Position numbers and translations under genes: made by a program. The notes under the pieces are model-generated. The model saw only the letters and a list, made by a program, of their open reading frames with translations, was not told where the DNA came from and searched no databases. Positions 63,874-64,000 of a stretch of DNA of 64,000 bases are shown here, piece after piece (within the stretch, counting starts at the first letter, position 1; every line of letters begins with the position of its first letter). Origin of the DNA: Lama glama (taxonomy: Eukaryota); NCBI GenBank assembly GCA_028534125.1, contig CM052816.1:434001-498000 (forward strand), written 5' to 3'.

Positions 63874-64000
63874 GCAAGTGGGGTGGGAGTGGAGTCCACA
63901 TGAACGAGGGAACATGGATATGTACCCTGACCCTGTCTGGCAGGGTCTTGGGACGCAGCTGAGCATTGTACAGCAAACCCTTCTCTCCTCCTTGAGATGG

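Overview
Mammalian genomic DNA, probably camelid (inferred from two tRNA-derived SINEs that resemble the camelid type). It matches the TRIM11-TRIM17-HIST3 histone cluster-RNF187 locus (human 1q42.13). Minus strand: TRIM11 coding exons 1-4 (gene runs off the left edge), a complete TRIM17 CDS (6 coding exons, 475 aa), an intact but unusually divergent histone H3 at the H3-4/H3t position (15 substitutions vs H3.1, including K79I), H2AC25 (H2AW), and a decayed H2B pseudogene that keeps a perfect stem-loop. Plus strand: H2BC26 (H2BU1), divergent from H2A, and RNF187 exons 1-2 with a CUG start. Less obvious items: GC splice donors at the homologous exon in TRIM11, TRIM17 and RNF187; a further H2B relic near 33.7 kb; a 7SK retrocopy with target-site duplications; an orphan CpG island at 42.6-44.3 kb followed by a frameshifted CUB-domain relic; and a 31-bp-period repeat in the RNF187 promoter. 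Intergenic DNA is dense with nested LTRs, MaLR elements and L1 fragments, and there is a 500-N assembly gap. Repeat family names and boundaries are from visual recognition and are approximate.
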